From: Pyrinomonadaceae bacterium
GTDB lineage: Bacteria; Acidobacteriota; Blastocatellia; Pyrinomonadales; Pyrinomonadaceae
DNA: 64,000 nucleotides
NCBI GenBank assembly: GCA_046262295.1
Contig: JBHENC010000015.1
Span: 16,700 to 80,699, forward strand
Direction: 5' to 3'
Numbering within the stretch: position 1 is the first letter of the stretch; every line of letters begins with the position of its first letter. The position numbers were made by a program, and so were the translations under genes. This document shows, piece by piece, positions 46,720 to 55,306 of this stretch. Below the pieces are notes generated by a model. It did not search any database, was not told the DNA's origin, and saw nothing but the letters and a program-made list of their open reading frames with translations.

Positions 46720-48474
46720 TTAACAAAGCATGGCGAGACGGTGTTCGATGGCGACCGCCGCACGTTCGTAAATTCTTCCCAAGCCTGCGCGATCAATCCC
46801 TAATACCGCGAGCCGGTCAGCGCCGAGCGCGTCGAGTGCCGCCATTTTTTGCGACACGTCAGTTTGCGCGATAGCGTTAGCGACGTGCAGCAGCAAGGCC
46901 ACCGGATCATTGATACGCATCGGGTCATGGTGCGTTTGCACTGCTGCCGCCAACTCGCGCGGCATCCCGCAGGCTTCGAGTATCCACTGCCCGATCTGCG
47001 CGTGGTCTACGCCGAAGGCGACTACTTCACGCTCCGTGTGTTCGTCATCCGCGACGCTTTCGATGTTCATCATCTCCGCCGGAAACAGCGATAACAGCAG
47101 CATCTCTCCGAGATTATGAAGCAGCCCGAGCGTATACGCCTGATCGCCGTCAATAAAATTCGTTTCTTCGGCGAGCAGGCGCGCGGCTTCGGCGGTGCGT
47201 AAGGAATGCTCACACACGGGACGCAGGCTTGCGTCTTCGTGTCCGGCATTTTGTTGCATGATGGCGCGCAGCCGCGTTTCGCCAAGCTGCGCGCAGGCAA
47301 CTTCGACGCTGGCGATTGAGTGCTCGCTTGTTTCTCCGGCATTGGCTTCAAACAAAGCGTAGGCGGCGAGCACCGGTTCAATCTTCACTTCGCGCCACAG
47401 CTCTTCAAAGGAGAGGGCGCTCGCTTCAATCATCCTTGAGGTGGGCAGCAGCGGCGTGCCGCAAAAAATCTGTGCGATGCTCTGGCGAATCTGCGCGAGC
47501 GTGTCGAGGCGACAGAAGGCGCGCACCACATCGAGGTCAAACTGTGTGCCTGCAGCGTCTTCTAATTGCGCGACGGCCGCTTCATGATTAAGGGCGTTGC
47601 GAAACGGGCGCGGGCTGGTCATCGCGTCGTAAGCGTCGGCCACCAGAATGATGCGCGCGACAAGCGGAATCTGCCCGCCCTGTAAGCCGTCCGGGTAGCC
47701 CGTGCCGTCAAAGCGTTCATGATGATGGCGCACCGCATCGGCCACTTCCGACATCTCTGGAATCCCGGCGAGCATCCGCGCGCCGCGTTCCGAATGAAGC
47801 TCGACGATGGCGCGTTCTTCCGGCGTTAGCAGGCCGGGTTTCAAGAGAAGATGGTCAGGCGTGCCGATCTTGCCAATGTCGTGCAACAGCGCGGCGAGAG
47901 AGATTTGTTCGAGCCGTTCTTCGTCCAGTTGCATCTTGCGCCCGATGGCTGTCGCATAGCCGCTGACGCGCCGCGAATGCCCGTACATATGTTCGTCTTT
48001 CGCTTCGAGCGCGTCGGAGATGGCGCGCACAAAACCGCGCGTCATCTCTTGCAGGCGCGTCGTTAGCCGCGCATTGCTAAGTGACAGTTCGTGAAGTCTG
48101 CGCTGAATATCATAGTGCTCGATGGCGCGGCTCACAGTCTGCTGCAAATCCTCGTTGCTCCAGGGCTTCGTGACGTACTTGTAGACCTGTCCGCAGTTAA
48201 TCGCGTCAACGAGCGCGCCGACATCCGTGTAACCTGTGAGAATCATGCGCACCATATGCGGGCGAAAGGCGGCAGCGCGCTCCAAAAGCTCCGTGCCGGT
48301 CATGCCGGGCATACGCTGATCCGTAATGAGCAGCGCGACCTCGTATTGTTCGAGCAAGCGCAACGCTTCATCGCCGGAAGCGGCGGTAATAACTTGATAT
48401 TCGTGTCGGAAGAGTCTTTCGAGCAGGCGCAGGTTGGCCGGTTCGTCATCTACAACCATGATTTTGTGAGACAT
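46720..48474 (-). CDS. Response regulator with HD-GYP and HDOD domains
   Basis: REC domain (IMVVDDEP, LLITDQRMPGMTG), HD-GYP domain (LLHDIGK ... HHHERFDGTGYPDGL), and a C-terminal HDOD-like region (GLLHNLGEMLL). Start taken at MSHKIMVVDD. Confidence 0.8.
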   Translation of the reverse strand: MSHKIMVVDDEPANLRLLERLFRHEYQVITAASGDEALRLLEQYEVALLITDQRMPGMTGTELLERAAAFRPHMVRMILTGYTDVGALVDAINCGQVYKYVTKPWSNEDLQQTVSRAIEHYDIQRRLHELSLSNARLTTRLQEMTRGFVRAISDALEAKDEHMYGHSRRVSGYATAIGRKMQLDEERLEQISLAALLHDIGKIGTPDHLLLKPGLLTPEERAIVELHSERGARMLAGIPEMSEVADAVRHHHERFDGTGYPDGLQGGQIPLVARIILVADAYDAMTSPRPFRNALNHEAAVAQLEDAAGTQFDLDVVRAFCRLDTLAQIRQSIAQIFCGTPLLPTSRMIEASALSFEELWREVKIEPVLAAYALFEANAGETSEHSIASVEVACAQLGETRLRAIMQQNAGHEDASLRPVCEHSLRTAEAARLLAEETNFIDGDQAYTLGLLHNLGEMLLLSLFPAEMMNIESVADDEHTEREVVAFGVDHAQIGQWILEACGMPRELAAAVQTHHDPMRINDPVALLLHVANAIAQTDVSQKMAALDALGADRLAVLGIDRAGLGRIYERAAVAIEHRLAMLC

Positions 48475-48582
48475 TTTATGAGTGCCCTCTGTGCGCAATA
48501 ACTGTTTTTAGTGTACCAGATTCGGCGCGATAAATTAAAGCCTTTGAATCGTTATGCCTGTTTCAGTCCGGTGGCTTCAAAG

Positions 48583-49908
48583 TCATGCCGTGCTGCTTTT
48601 GGCGTTGACGGGCAGCACGATGGTGAAGGTCGCACCTTCGCCCGGCGGACTCTTGACGCTGATTGTGCCGCCCTGTCGCTCGATAATGCTATGAGAAATA
48701 GAGAGGCCGAGACCCGTGCCTTCGCCGACGGGTTTGGTCGTAAAAAAAGGATCGAAAATTTTACTTAAATTTTCCGCCAAAATGCCCGCGCCCGAATCGC
48801 TGATCGTGATTGAAACGTGCTCGTTCTCCGAAGCGGTTGTGACGCGCACGCGCCCGTCACAACCGGCGGCTTGGGCGGCGTTGACGAGCAGGTTCATCAA
48901 AACCTGATTGAGTTGTCCGGCATAACAGGCGATGGGCGGCAACTCGCCGTAGTGTCGTTCAATCACGGTGCGGTCTGCGCCGTAATACTGCGAAAGCAAT
49001 CGAAGGGTCGAATCAATGCTTTCGTGTACGTCAACCATCTTGAACTCGGCTTCGTCAAGGCGCGAAAAGAGGCGTAGATTCTGCACCACGTCGCGTATGC
49101 GTTCGGCTCCGTTGTGGCAATCGGCGACGATGGAGAGAAGATCGGCGAGTGAGTTTTCGTAATCAATCTCGCTTTTGATGCGACTGATTTCAGGAGCCAG
49201 CGACGCGGGCAGCGGCACTTGTTCATAAACTCGCAGGAGGCGCTCGAAGCCCGCCGCGCAGTCGCGCAAAATCTCCATATTGCCGTAAATAAATCCGGCG
49301 GGATTGTTCAATTCATGGGCGACGCCAGCCGCGAGTTGGCCGAGCGAGGCCATCTTTTCGCTGTGAACCATCTGCGCCTGCAAGCGTTCGAGCGCGGCCT
49401 TGCGTTGCGCAAGTTCCGCGTTGCGCCGCTCAAGCGCCTTTTTGTAAAGGCGTCCGTCGCGCAACAGCCTGCGCCGCTCCAGCGCGCGTTCGACGCAGAG
49501 TTCGAGCACGTCCAGATCGCAGGGCTTCAGCAGGTAATCGTAAGCTCCGAGCCGCACGGCATCCAGCACACGCTGGGTGCGGTCAACGCCCGACGCCATC
49601 ACAAACGCGGTGTCCGGGAAACGCTGCGTGACTTCGCGCAGCAACTCGACGCCGCTGCGTCCCGGCATCAGCATATCCGAGATGACCAGCGCAAACGGCT
49701 CTTGACTCAAATACGTCAGCGCCTCATCCACGTTGGTGGCCGTCGCGCACGAGTAGCGTTCGTTAAGACACTGCTCGAAAAGTGAGCGTATCGGTTCTTC
49801 ATCATCTACGATCAGAATGCGGCGGTCGCTCTCTTCCAGAAATTCCGGTTCGGGAGGCAGCGTGGTGGCGGTGAAGAATGTTTCGTTAAGAACGGGCATG
49901 GTCTGCAT
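48583..49908 (-). CDS. Hybrid histidine kinase with an N-terminal receiver and no TM or sensor domain
   Basis: REC domain (ILIVDDEEP, LVISDMLMPGRSG), H-box (HSEKMASLGQLAAGVAHELNNP) and HATPase (GTGLGLSISHSIIERQGG). The start is uncertain (49908 or 49899). Confidence 0.8.
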   Translation of the reverse strand: MQTMPVLNETFFTATTLPPEPEFLEESDRRILIVDDEEPIRSLFEQCLNERYSCATATNVDEALTYLSQEPFALVISDMLMPGRSGVELLREVTQRFPDTAFVMASGVDRTQRVLDAVRLGAYDYLLKPCDLDVLELCVERALERRRLLRDGRLYKKALERRNAELAQRKAALERLQAQMVHSEKMASLGQLAAGVAHELNNPAGFIYGNMEILRDCAAGFERLLRVYEQVPLPASLAPEISRIKSEIDYENSLADLLSIVADCHNGAERIRDVVQNLRLFSRLDEAEFKMVDVHESIDSTLRLLSQYYGADRTVIERHYGELPPIACYAGQLNQVLMNLLVNAAQAAGCDGRVRVTTASENEHVSITISDSGAGILAENLSKIFDPFFTTKPVGEGTGLGLSISHSIIERQGGTISVKSPPGEGATFTIVLPVNAKSSTA

Positions 49909-50079
49909 CTCTTCAGGTCGGGAAAAAGCGCCGCACGCGAAGCGCACACAACAGGCGCACTGCCGCACGTTGCAAGGAGTTCGGGTGTGGCATTACGGAA
50001 CATGGCTGAGGCGCAAGGCCTATGCAAATGTTCCGTATAGCTTTAGTAAACGCTGTTATTTACAGCATTCAGGATTGTA

Positions 50080-50096
50080 AGCACGCTGTGTGCCGG
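50080..50096 (-). promoter_or_regulatory. Sigma54-type -24/-12 promoter candidate (CGGCAC-N7-TGCT) between the activator and kinase genes
   Basis: The minus strand reads CCGGCACACAGCGTGCTT. GG and GC have the same spacing as in TGGCAC-N5-TTGCW. It lies about 50 nt after the activator stop and about 170 nt before the kinase start. Confidence 0.4.
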
Positions 50097-50145
50097 AAAT
50101 TTGAAAGGTCGTAGATGATGGGTTTAAGCCGGGCGTCGAACGGAC

Positions 50146-51573
50146 TTAGGTAAGAGGGTCGGCAATCGCTGTTGCGGCGGTTTTTTCATTGAGGCCATGC
50201 CGCACAATCATCCGCTGAAGCGTTTTGCGATCAATGCCGAGCAGCCGCGCCGCCGCCTGTTTGTTGCCGCCCGTATGAGCGAGCACGCGCGCCACATAGC
50301 GTCCTTCTATCTCCGCGAGCGGCAGCCATTCGTTCGGTTGCGGCGTGCCGTGAGGCGTTGTGTCCGGCATCGAGTATGTTTGAGCGGATGCCGATCTGAA
50401 ACTTCGTATGCGTTCGGGGAGATGCTCGGGCTGAATCGTGCGGTCGCAGAGCGCGATGGCACGAACGACGGCGTTTTCCAGTTCGCGTATGTTGCCGGGC
50501 CAATCGTAGTTTTCAAGCAACCGCAGCGCGTCGGCGGAAAAGTTGGATTCGATCTTATTGGCGCGCCTGACGCGCTGCGCAAAATGTTTGGCGAGTGGTC
50601 GTATATCTTCGCGCCGCTCGCGCAACGCGGGCAAGTGAATCGTCACGGCATTCAGGCGGTAAAGCAAATCCTGACGAAAGCCGCCTTCGCGCACTTCTCG
50701 TTCGGCGTCACGGTTGGTGGCGGCGATGACGCGCACATCCAACTTCAAAGTCTGATTCGACCCGACGCGGCGAATCTCTCCGTCCTGCAAAGTACGCAAT
50801 ACTTTTACTTGAAACGCGGGTGTCGTTTCCGTTATTTCGTCCAAAAAGATAGTGCCGCCGTCGGCCTCTTCCCAGAGGCCGCGACGATCAATCGTCGCGC
50901 CCGTGAAAGCGCCGCGCACGTGCCCGAACAACTCCGATTCGATTAGTTCGGCGGGCAGCGCCCCGCAGTTGACGGCAACGAAGGCTTTGTCGGCGCGCTG
51001 GCTGCGCAAGTGAATGGCGCGCGCGACGATCTCTTTGCCGGTTCCAGATTCGCCTGCGACGAGTACGGGCAGATTGGTGGCTGCGACGCGCCCGACGATT
51101 TTCATCGCCTCGACAAATGCGCCGCTGCGTCCGATGAGGTCAATGTCGGATTTATAAACGGGTGCTTCTTTACCCGAGGCGCGGCGGCGCGTAGGGTTCT
51201 CGTTGCGGCGGCGCACGGCCTGCGCAAGCGTCAGCACTTCATCAACGCTGAAGGGTTTGAGCAGGTAATCGTAAGCGCCGAAAGCCAACGCATCGAGCGC
51301 GCCGACAGCCGAGCCATGACCCGTCATTAACACGATGCGCGCTTCCGGTTGCTCTTCGGTGAAGCGTCGCAGCACCGCGAAACCGTCTTCGCCGCCCAAC
51401 ATCACATCGCAGAAGACGAGCGACCAAGGAGCGGCGGCACGCAGCATCGCAAACGCTTGCTCGGCAGTCGCCGCTTCGCTAACGTCCCATCCGTCCGTGC
51501 GCAAAACTTCCGCGACAAAGCCGCGCACCTGCGACTCGTCGTCAATGACCAACGCTCTACCATTCAAGGCCAT
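50146..51573 (-). CDS. Sigma54-dependent response regulator (NtrC family)
   Basis: REC domain, AAA+ domain (GESGTGKE, GAFTGA, ESELFGH) and a Fis-type HTH (NKQAAARLLGIDRKTLQRMI). Confidence 0.9.
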   Translation of the reverse strand: MALNGRALVIDDESQVRGFVAEVLRTDGWDVSEAATAEQAFAMLRAAAPWSLVFCDVMLGGEDGFAVLRRFTEEQPEARIVLMTGHGSAVGALDALAFGAYDYLLKPFSVDEVLTLAQAVRRRNENPTRRRASGKEAPVYKSDIDLIGRSGAFVEAMKIVGRVAATNLPVLVAGESGTGKEIVARAIHLRSQRADKAFVAVNCGALPAELIESELFGHVRGAFTGATIDRRGLWEEADGGTIFLDEITETTPAFQVKVLRTLQDGEIRRVGSNQTLKLDVRVIAATNRDAEREVREGGFRQDLLYRLNAVTIHLPALRERREDIRPLAKHFAQRVRRANKIESNFSADALRLLENYDWPGNIRELENAVVRAIALCDRTIQPEHLPERIRSFRSASAQTYSMPDTTPHGTPQPNEWLPLAEIEGRYVARVLAHTGGNKQAAARLLGIDRKTLQRMIVRHGLNEKTAATAIADPLT

Positions 51574-51612
51574 ATCAGATTAACGTACTGACCGCCGAAG
51601 CGAATAGTGTGG

Positions 51613-51646
51613 AAAAAAAGAGCCGGTCAATCATCTGACCGGCTCT
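51613..51646 (-). terminator. Rho-independent terminator after tRNA-Lys
   Basis: 11-bp perfect stem: agagccggtca (51619..51629) pairs with tgaccggctct (51636..51646). On the minus strand it is followed by seven U residues. Confidence 0.75.
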
Positions 51647-51669
51647 TTACTCTTCTTTCGGAGATTTTA

Positions 51670-51742
51670 TGAGCCGAGTAGGGATCGAACCTACGACCCG
51701 CAGATTAAGAGTCTGCTGCTCTACCAACTGAGCTATCGGCCC
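51670..51742 (-). tRNA. tRNA-Lys (anticodon CUU), CCA not encoded
   Basis: Reverse complement is GGGCCGATAGCTCAGTTGGTAGAGCAGCAGACTCTTAATCTGCGGGTCGTAGGTTCGATCCCTACTCGGCTCA. The cloverleaf folds, with anticodon loop CTCTTAA. Confidence 0.93.
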
Positions 51743-52176
51743 ATAACGAAAAATCTAACCGCTATCCGCGTTGCTGTCAAGTAAACCACTTGATCGCCGT
51801 TCATTACGAGTGCTTCTCGGGCGGAGCCGCCTTCAATCCGTTGAATGTCCGCGACACGTAAATTGAATATTAAACCGGACGCGCCCGTGCGAGAACCGGA
51901 ATCGGTGCGGCGCAATTGTTCCACGCCTTCAGTAGGTTCAGGCATCTTTGAAAAGAGTTGGATGGCGGTTTTCTATGTATTGACCGAAAGTCTGGAGTGC
52001 TGTACGATGGCGCGCGTTGTAACCTGCCCGGCGGTTGCTCAAATGCTCGTTAAATAGCTTCATTCGCAAGCGACGGCGCGTTGGAGAAACCTAGGTTAGA
52101 CGCTCCGTTCGCCTCGCCTAAATTATCGTCGTATTCTTCGGTTTCTGCGCTCTGCAAGGGCGCGATTCTCTGACGG

Positions 52177-54291
52177 TTGCAAACAATCATGCCCCCCATC
52201 AACACCAAATCTATTATTTCGCAAGCCCTACGCAAATGGTACGCGGCGCTCGCGGTTGCGCTCGTCCTCGTCGTCTGGGGACTTCTCGCGCTGGCGATGC
52301 TTCCGTCGAAGGATTCCGCCGGATCATACGCCACACGCCCCTATGGTTTAACTACCGGTTTGGAAAACTACGCGCTCGACCAGCTCTTTCAATTGCGCGA
52401 CGCGCTGCACCCGGATCAGCGCCAACGCGGGCTGAATGAGCCGATTACGATCATCGGTATTGACGAAAAATCCATTAAAGATTCCAACATACGGCTTCAG
52501 AAATGGCCGCGCAACTGGTATGCGCACTTGATTGACCGTGCCAGCACAGGCGGCGCGGGCGTCATCGGCGTTGACGCTTTTTTAAGCGAAGCGGGCGGCC
52601 TCTCCGCCGATGACAAGGCCTTCGATACACAACTCGCCGAAACAATTAGCAACGCGGGCAACGTGGTGCTCGCCTCGAAGCTTGAAGCGGGTGGCTATCA
52701 AGAGATCGCTCCGCTGCCGATGTTTACCGAAGGCGCATACGCGACAGGGTTCGCCGATATGATCGTTGACAGCGACGGCTTTGTGCGCAGTTCGCAGTTG
52801 GTCAAGTACATCGGCGAAACCAAGCAAACGGAGTTTAGCTTTGCCGTGCGGCTTGCCGAAGGATACAGCGCCGCGATGGGAAAAGAAGATCAGGTGTTGA
52901 AACCGACGCCTGACACGAAGGGCTTCATGTTCGGAGATCGCGTGTTGCAATTGCGCACGGACACGGCGCTACAGCTCGATTTTCGCGGGCGCTCGCCTGC
53001 TTTTCGCTATGTTGCGGCAGGCGATATTTTGTGCGCGGCGGGCGACATTCCATGCGAGACCAAACCGAACCTCCCGGATGATTTATTTCGTGACCGGATA
53101 GTTTTAATCGGCGCAAGCAATATTGACGCGCCCGATCTGTTCGCCACGCCCTTTTACGAACCGTCAATTCTGGCGCGCACCTTCGATTGGCAGTTGCCGC
53201 TCGTGCCGTCGCGTATGCCCGGCGTGGAGATTCACGCGAATTCTATCGGAACTATTCTCTTCGGCAGTTCGCCCGCCCGCCCGCGTTATCTATGGCAAAC
53301 GCTCTCGCTTATTGTGCCGCTCGTGCTGGTGGCGTTGGCAGTCTTTTTGCTACGCGCTTTCTGGGGTTTATCAGCCGTCATTGCCGCCGCCGTCGGCTCG
53401 CTCATCGTCGCATCATGGGCGTTCAACGCGCACGGATTGATTCTGCCTTTAGCGGACGCATGGCTCGGCATGGTCGTGCTCGCTCCGCTGGGACTCAGTA
53501 TGCGTTACGCGCGCGAGCGTGCGTTGCGCGATGAAAAGGAAGCGGAACGCGCGCAGATTATGGACATCTTTGCGCGCTGCGTTTCGCCGGAAGTGGCCGA
53601 TACTTTATGGGAGCGGCGCGAGCGGTCTATCTTCGAGGGCGAGCGCCGCGTCGTCACCATTATCTTCACGGACATACGCAGCTTCACGACGCTCTCCGAG
53701 AAACAGTCCTCAGAGGTCGTCGTTAAGTGGCTCAACGATTACTTCGGGCGCATGGCCGTGATTATTAAAGAGCACTGCGGACACATCAATAAATTCATCG
53801 GCGACGGCCTGATGATTGTCTTCGGCGCGCCCATCGCCCGCGGCGATGAGGAAGAAGCGCGCGCGGCTGTCGCCTGCGGACTGGAGATGTTGGAAGCTGT
53901 CGAGCGCATGACCGCCGAATGGCAAGCGCAGGATGCGGCGCTGCCGGAATCGGAACGTCGCCCCGTCGTCAAAATCGGCGTCGGCATTCATTCAGGCATC
54001 GCTACCTGCGGCGTCGTCGGAGCCGAACAAAGGCTTGAGTACACGGTGATCGGCGATACCGTAAATTTGTCTGCGCGGCTTGAGTCGGAAACAAAATCGT
54101 TCGGCGTGCCGATTTTGATTTCAGATGCGACGGCGAACTTAATCGGCGACAAATACCAAACGCGCGCGCTCGGCGAAGTGAAAGTGAAAGGCAAAACTTC
54201 GGCGACGAAGGTTTTTACGGTCGAGACAAACGCACCTGCCGCTGTCGCCGAAGCTTCTGCCGAAACAGTTTCGCTCGCGGCATCCCACTAA
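52177..54291 (+). CDS. CHASE2 sensor domain - class III adenylate/guanylate cyclase
   Basis: 704 aa. It has an N-terminal TM segment, a large extracytoplasmic region, a TM cluster, and then the cyclase domain (VTIIFTDIRSFTTLSE, KFIGDGLMIVFGAP, EYTVIGDTVNLSARLES). Confidence 0.85.
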   Translation: MQTIMPPINTKSIISQALRKWYAALAVALVLVVWGLLALAMLPSKDSAGSYATRPYGLTTGLENYALDQLFQLRDALHPDQRQRGLNEPITIIGIDEKSIKDSNIRLQKWPRNWYAHLIDRASTGGAGVIGVDAFLSEAGGLSADDKAFDTQLAETISNAGNVVLASKLEAGGYQEIAPLPMFTEGAYATGFADMIVDSDGFVRSSQLVKYIGETKQTEFSFAVRLAEGYSAAMGKEDQVLKPTPDTKGFMFGDRVLQLRTDTALQLDFRGRSPAFRYVAAGDILCAAGDIPCETKPNLPDDLFRDRIVLIGASNIDAPDLFATPFYEPSILARTFDWQLPLVPSRMPGVEIHANSIGTILFGSSPARPRYLWQTLSLIVPLVLVALAVFLLRAFWGLSAVIAAAVGSLIVASWAFNAHGLILPLADAWLGMVVLAPLGLSMRYARERALRDEKEAERAQIMDIFARCVSPEVADTLWERRERSIFEGERRVVTIIFTDIRSFTTLSEKQSSEVVVKWLNDYFGRMAVIIKEHCGHINKFIGDGLMIVFGAPIARGDEEEARAAVACGLEMLEAVERMTAEWQAQDAALPESERRPVVKIGVGIHSGIATCGVVGAEQRLEYTVIGDTVNLSARLESETKSFGVPILISDATANLIGDKYQTRALGEVKVKGKTSATKVFTVETNAPAAVAEASAETVSLAASH

Positions 54292-54407
54292 ATTTTGCGA
54301 TGAGCTTTGCTTAAAGAGGCGCAACGAGCGTTTCGCGGTTTGCTCATGGTAACGATAACTTGGAAACAATACTCTCCCGATAAAAGAAGTTAAGGAGATG
54401 ACATACA

Positions 54408-55223
54408 TTGATGTTGCATTTGTCAGGTTTAACTAATTTGTGGCGTGGGGCACGCGCGATCAAGATCGTTTGTGCCTTGCTTCTGTGCGCCGTGTGTTTG
54501 ACGGTTGTGGCCGGTATGACAGCGCGGGCGCAAGGGGCGGCAGCAACAGGGCAGGGAAATCAAGCGGCCGCACCGCGCCGCCCGCTGCCGAAGCCTGCCG
54601 GAGGCGCGCGTGGTTTTGAACAGTACGGCGGCGAGCGCGATGCGTCGAGCCGTTTAGTCGCCTCGGGCGCAACGCGCAGCGGCGCTCCCGCGAGCCTCAA
54701 GGCTATCGCACCGATGGAAGGACTCGCCTACGATGCGCGTCCTTTCTTCAAGTGGACGGCCATCAGCGGCGCGAAGACTTACCGCTTCGTGTTGCGCGAG
54801 GCAAATAATCCTTCCGCACCGATTGTTTACCAGACGGACTCGGCGACGCCGCAGCTTCTTTATCCGGCGAATGCCCCGACGCTCGCGCCCGGCAAACTCT
54901 ACACGTGGCGCGTTTCGACCGCCGGTACGCTTGAAAGAAAAGTCGGATCGCCGGTGACGTTCTTTATTCTCGCGGGCGAAGATGCGATGGAAGTCCGGCG
55001 CGCGCTGGAGAAAGCGAATCTCGTTGCGCCGAAGAGCACGGCCGAACACATTAGTCAGGCGCAAATCTTCGAGCAATACGGCATCTGGTATGACGCGCTA
55101 CGTGATGCGAGCGAAGCCGTCAACGCTAATCCGCAGGACACGGCGGCCAAAGCCTATTACGATTCCTTGGTCGCGCGCCTTAGTGAAGCGGAGAAGGCGA
55201 AACAGGAAAACGACGGACAGTAA
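54408..55223 (+). CDS. Secreted protein with a DUF928-like core and a helical C-terminus
   Basis: Signal peptide. PFFKWTAISGAKTYRFVLRE...LYPANAPTLAPGKLYTWRVS matches the P-x-F-x-W...Y-x-F-x-L...Y-x-W-x-V pattern I associate with DUF928. Confidence 0.45.
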   Translation: MMLHLSGLTNLWRGARAIKIVCALLLCAVCLTVVAGMTARAQGAAATGQGNQAAAPRRPLPKPAGGARGFEQYGGERDASSRLVASGATRSGAPASLKAIAPMEGLAYDARPFFKWTAISGAKTYRFVLREANNPSAPIVYQTDSATPQLLYPANAPTLAPGKLYTWRVSTAGTLERKVGSPVTFFILAGEDAMEVRRALEKANLVAPKSTAEHISQAQIFEQYGIWYDALRDASEAVNANPQDTAAKAYYDSLVARLSEAEKAKQENDGQ

Positions 55224-55306
55224 ATAATCGCAGAGGATTTTCCGTCCCCGGACTGGTAGGCCGTAAGCCTTCGTTTTGTCGGAATACCGATGTGTGAGGC
55301 CGATTA

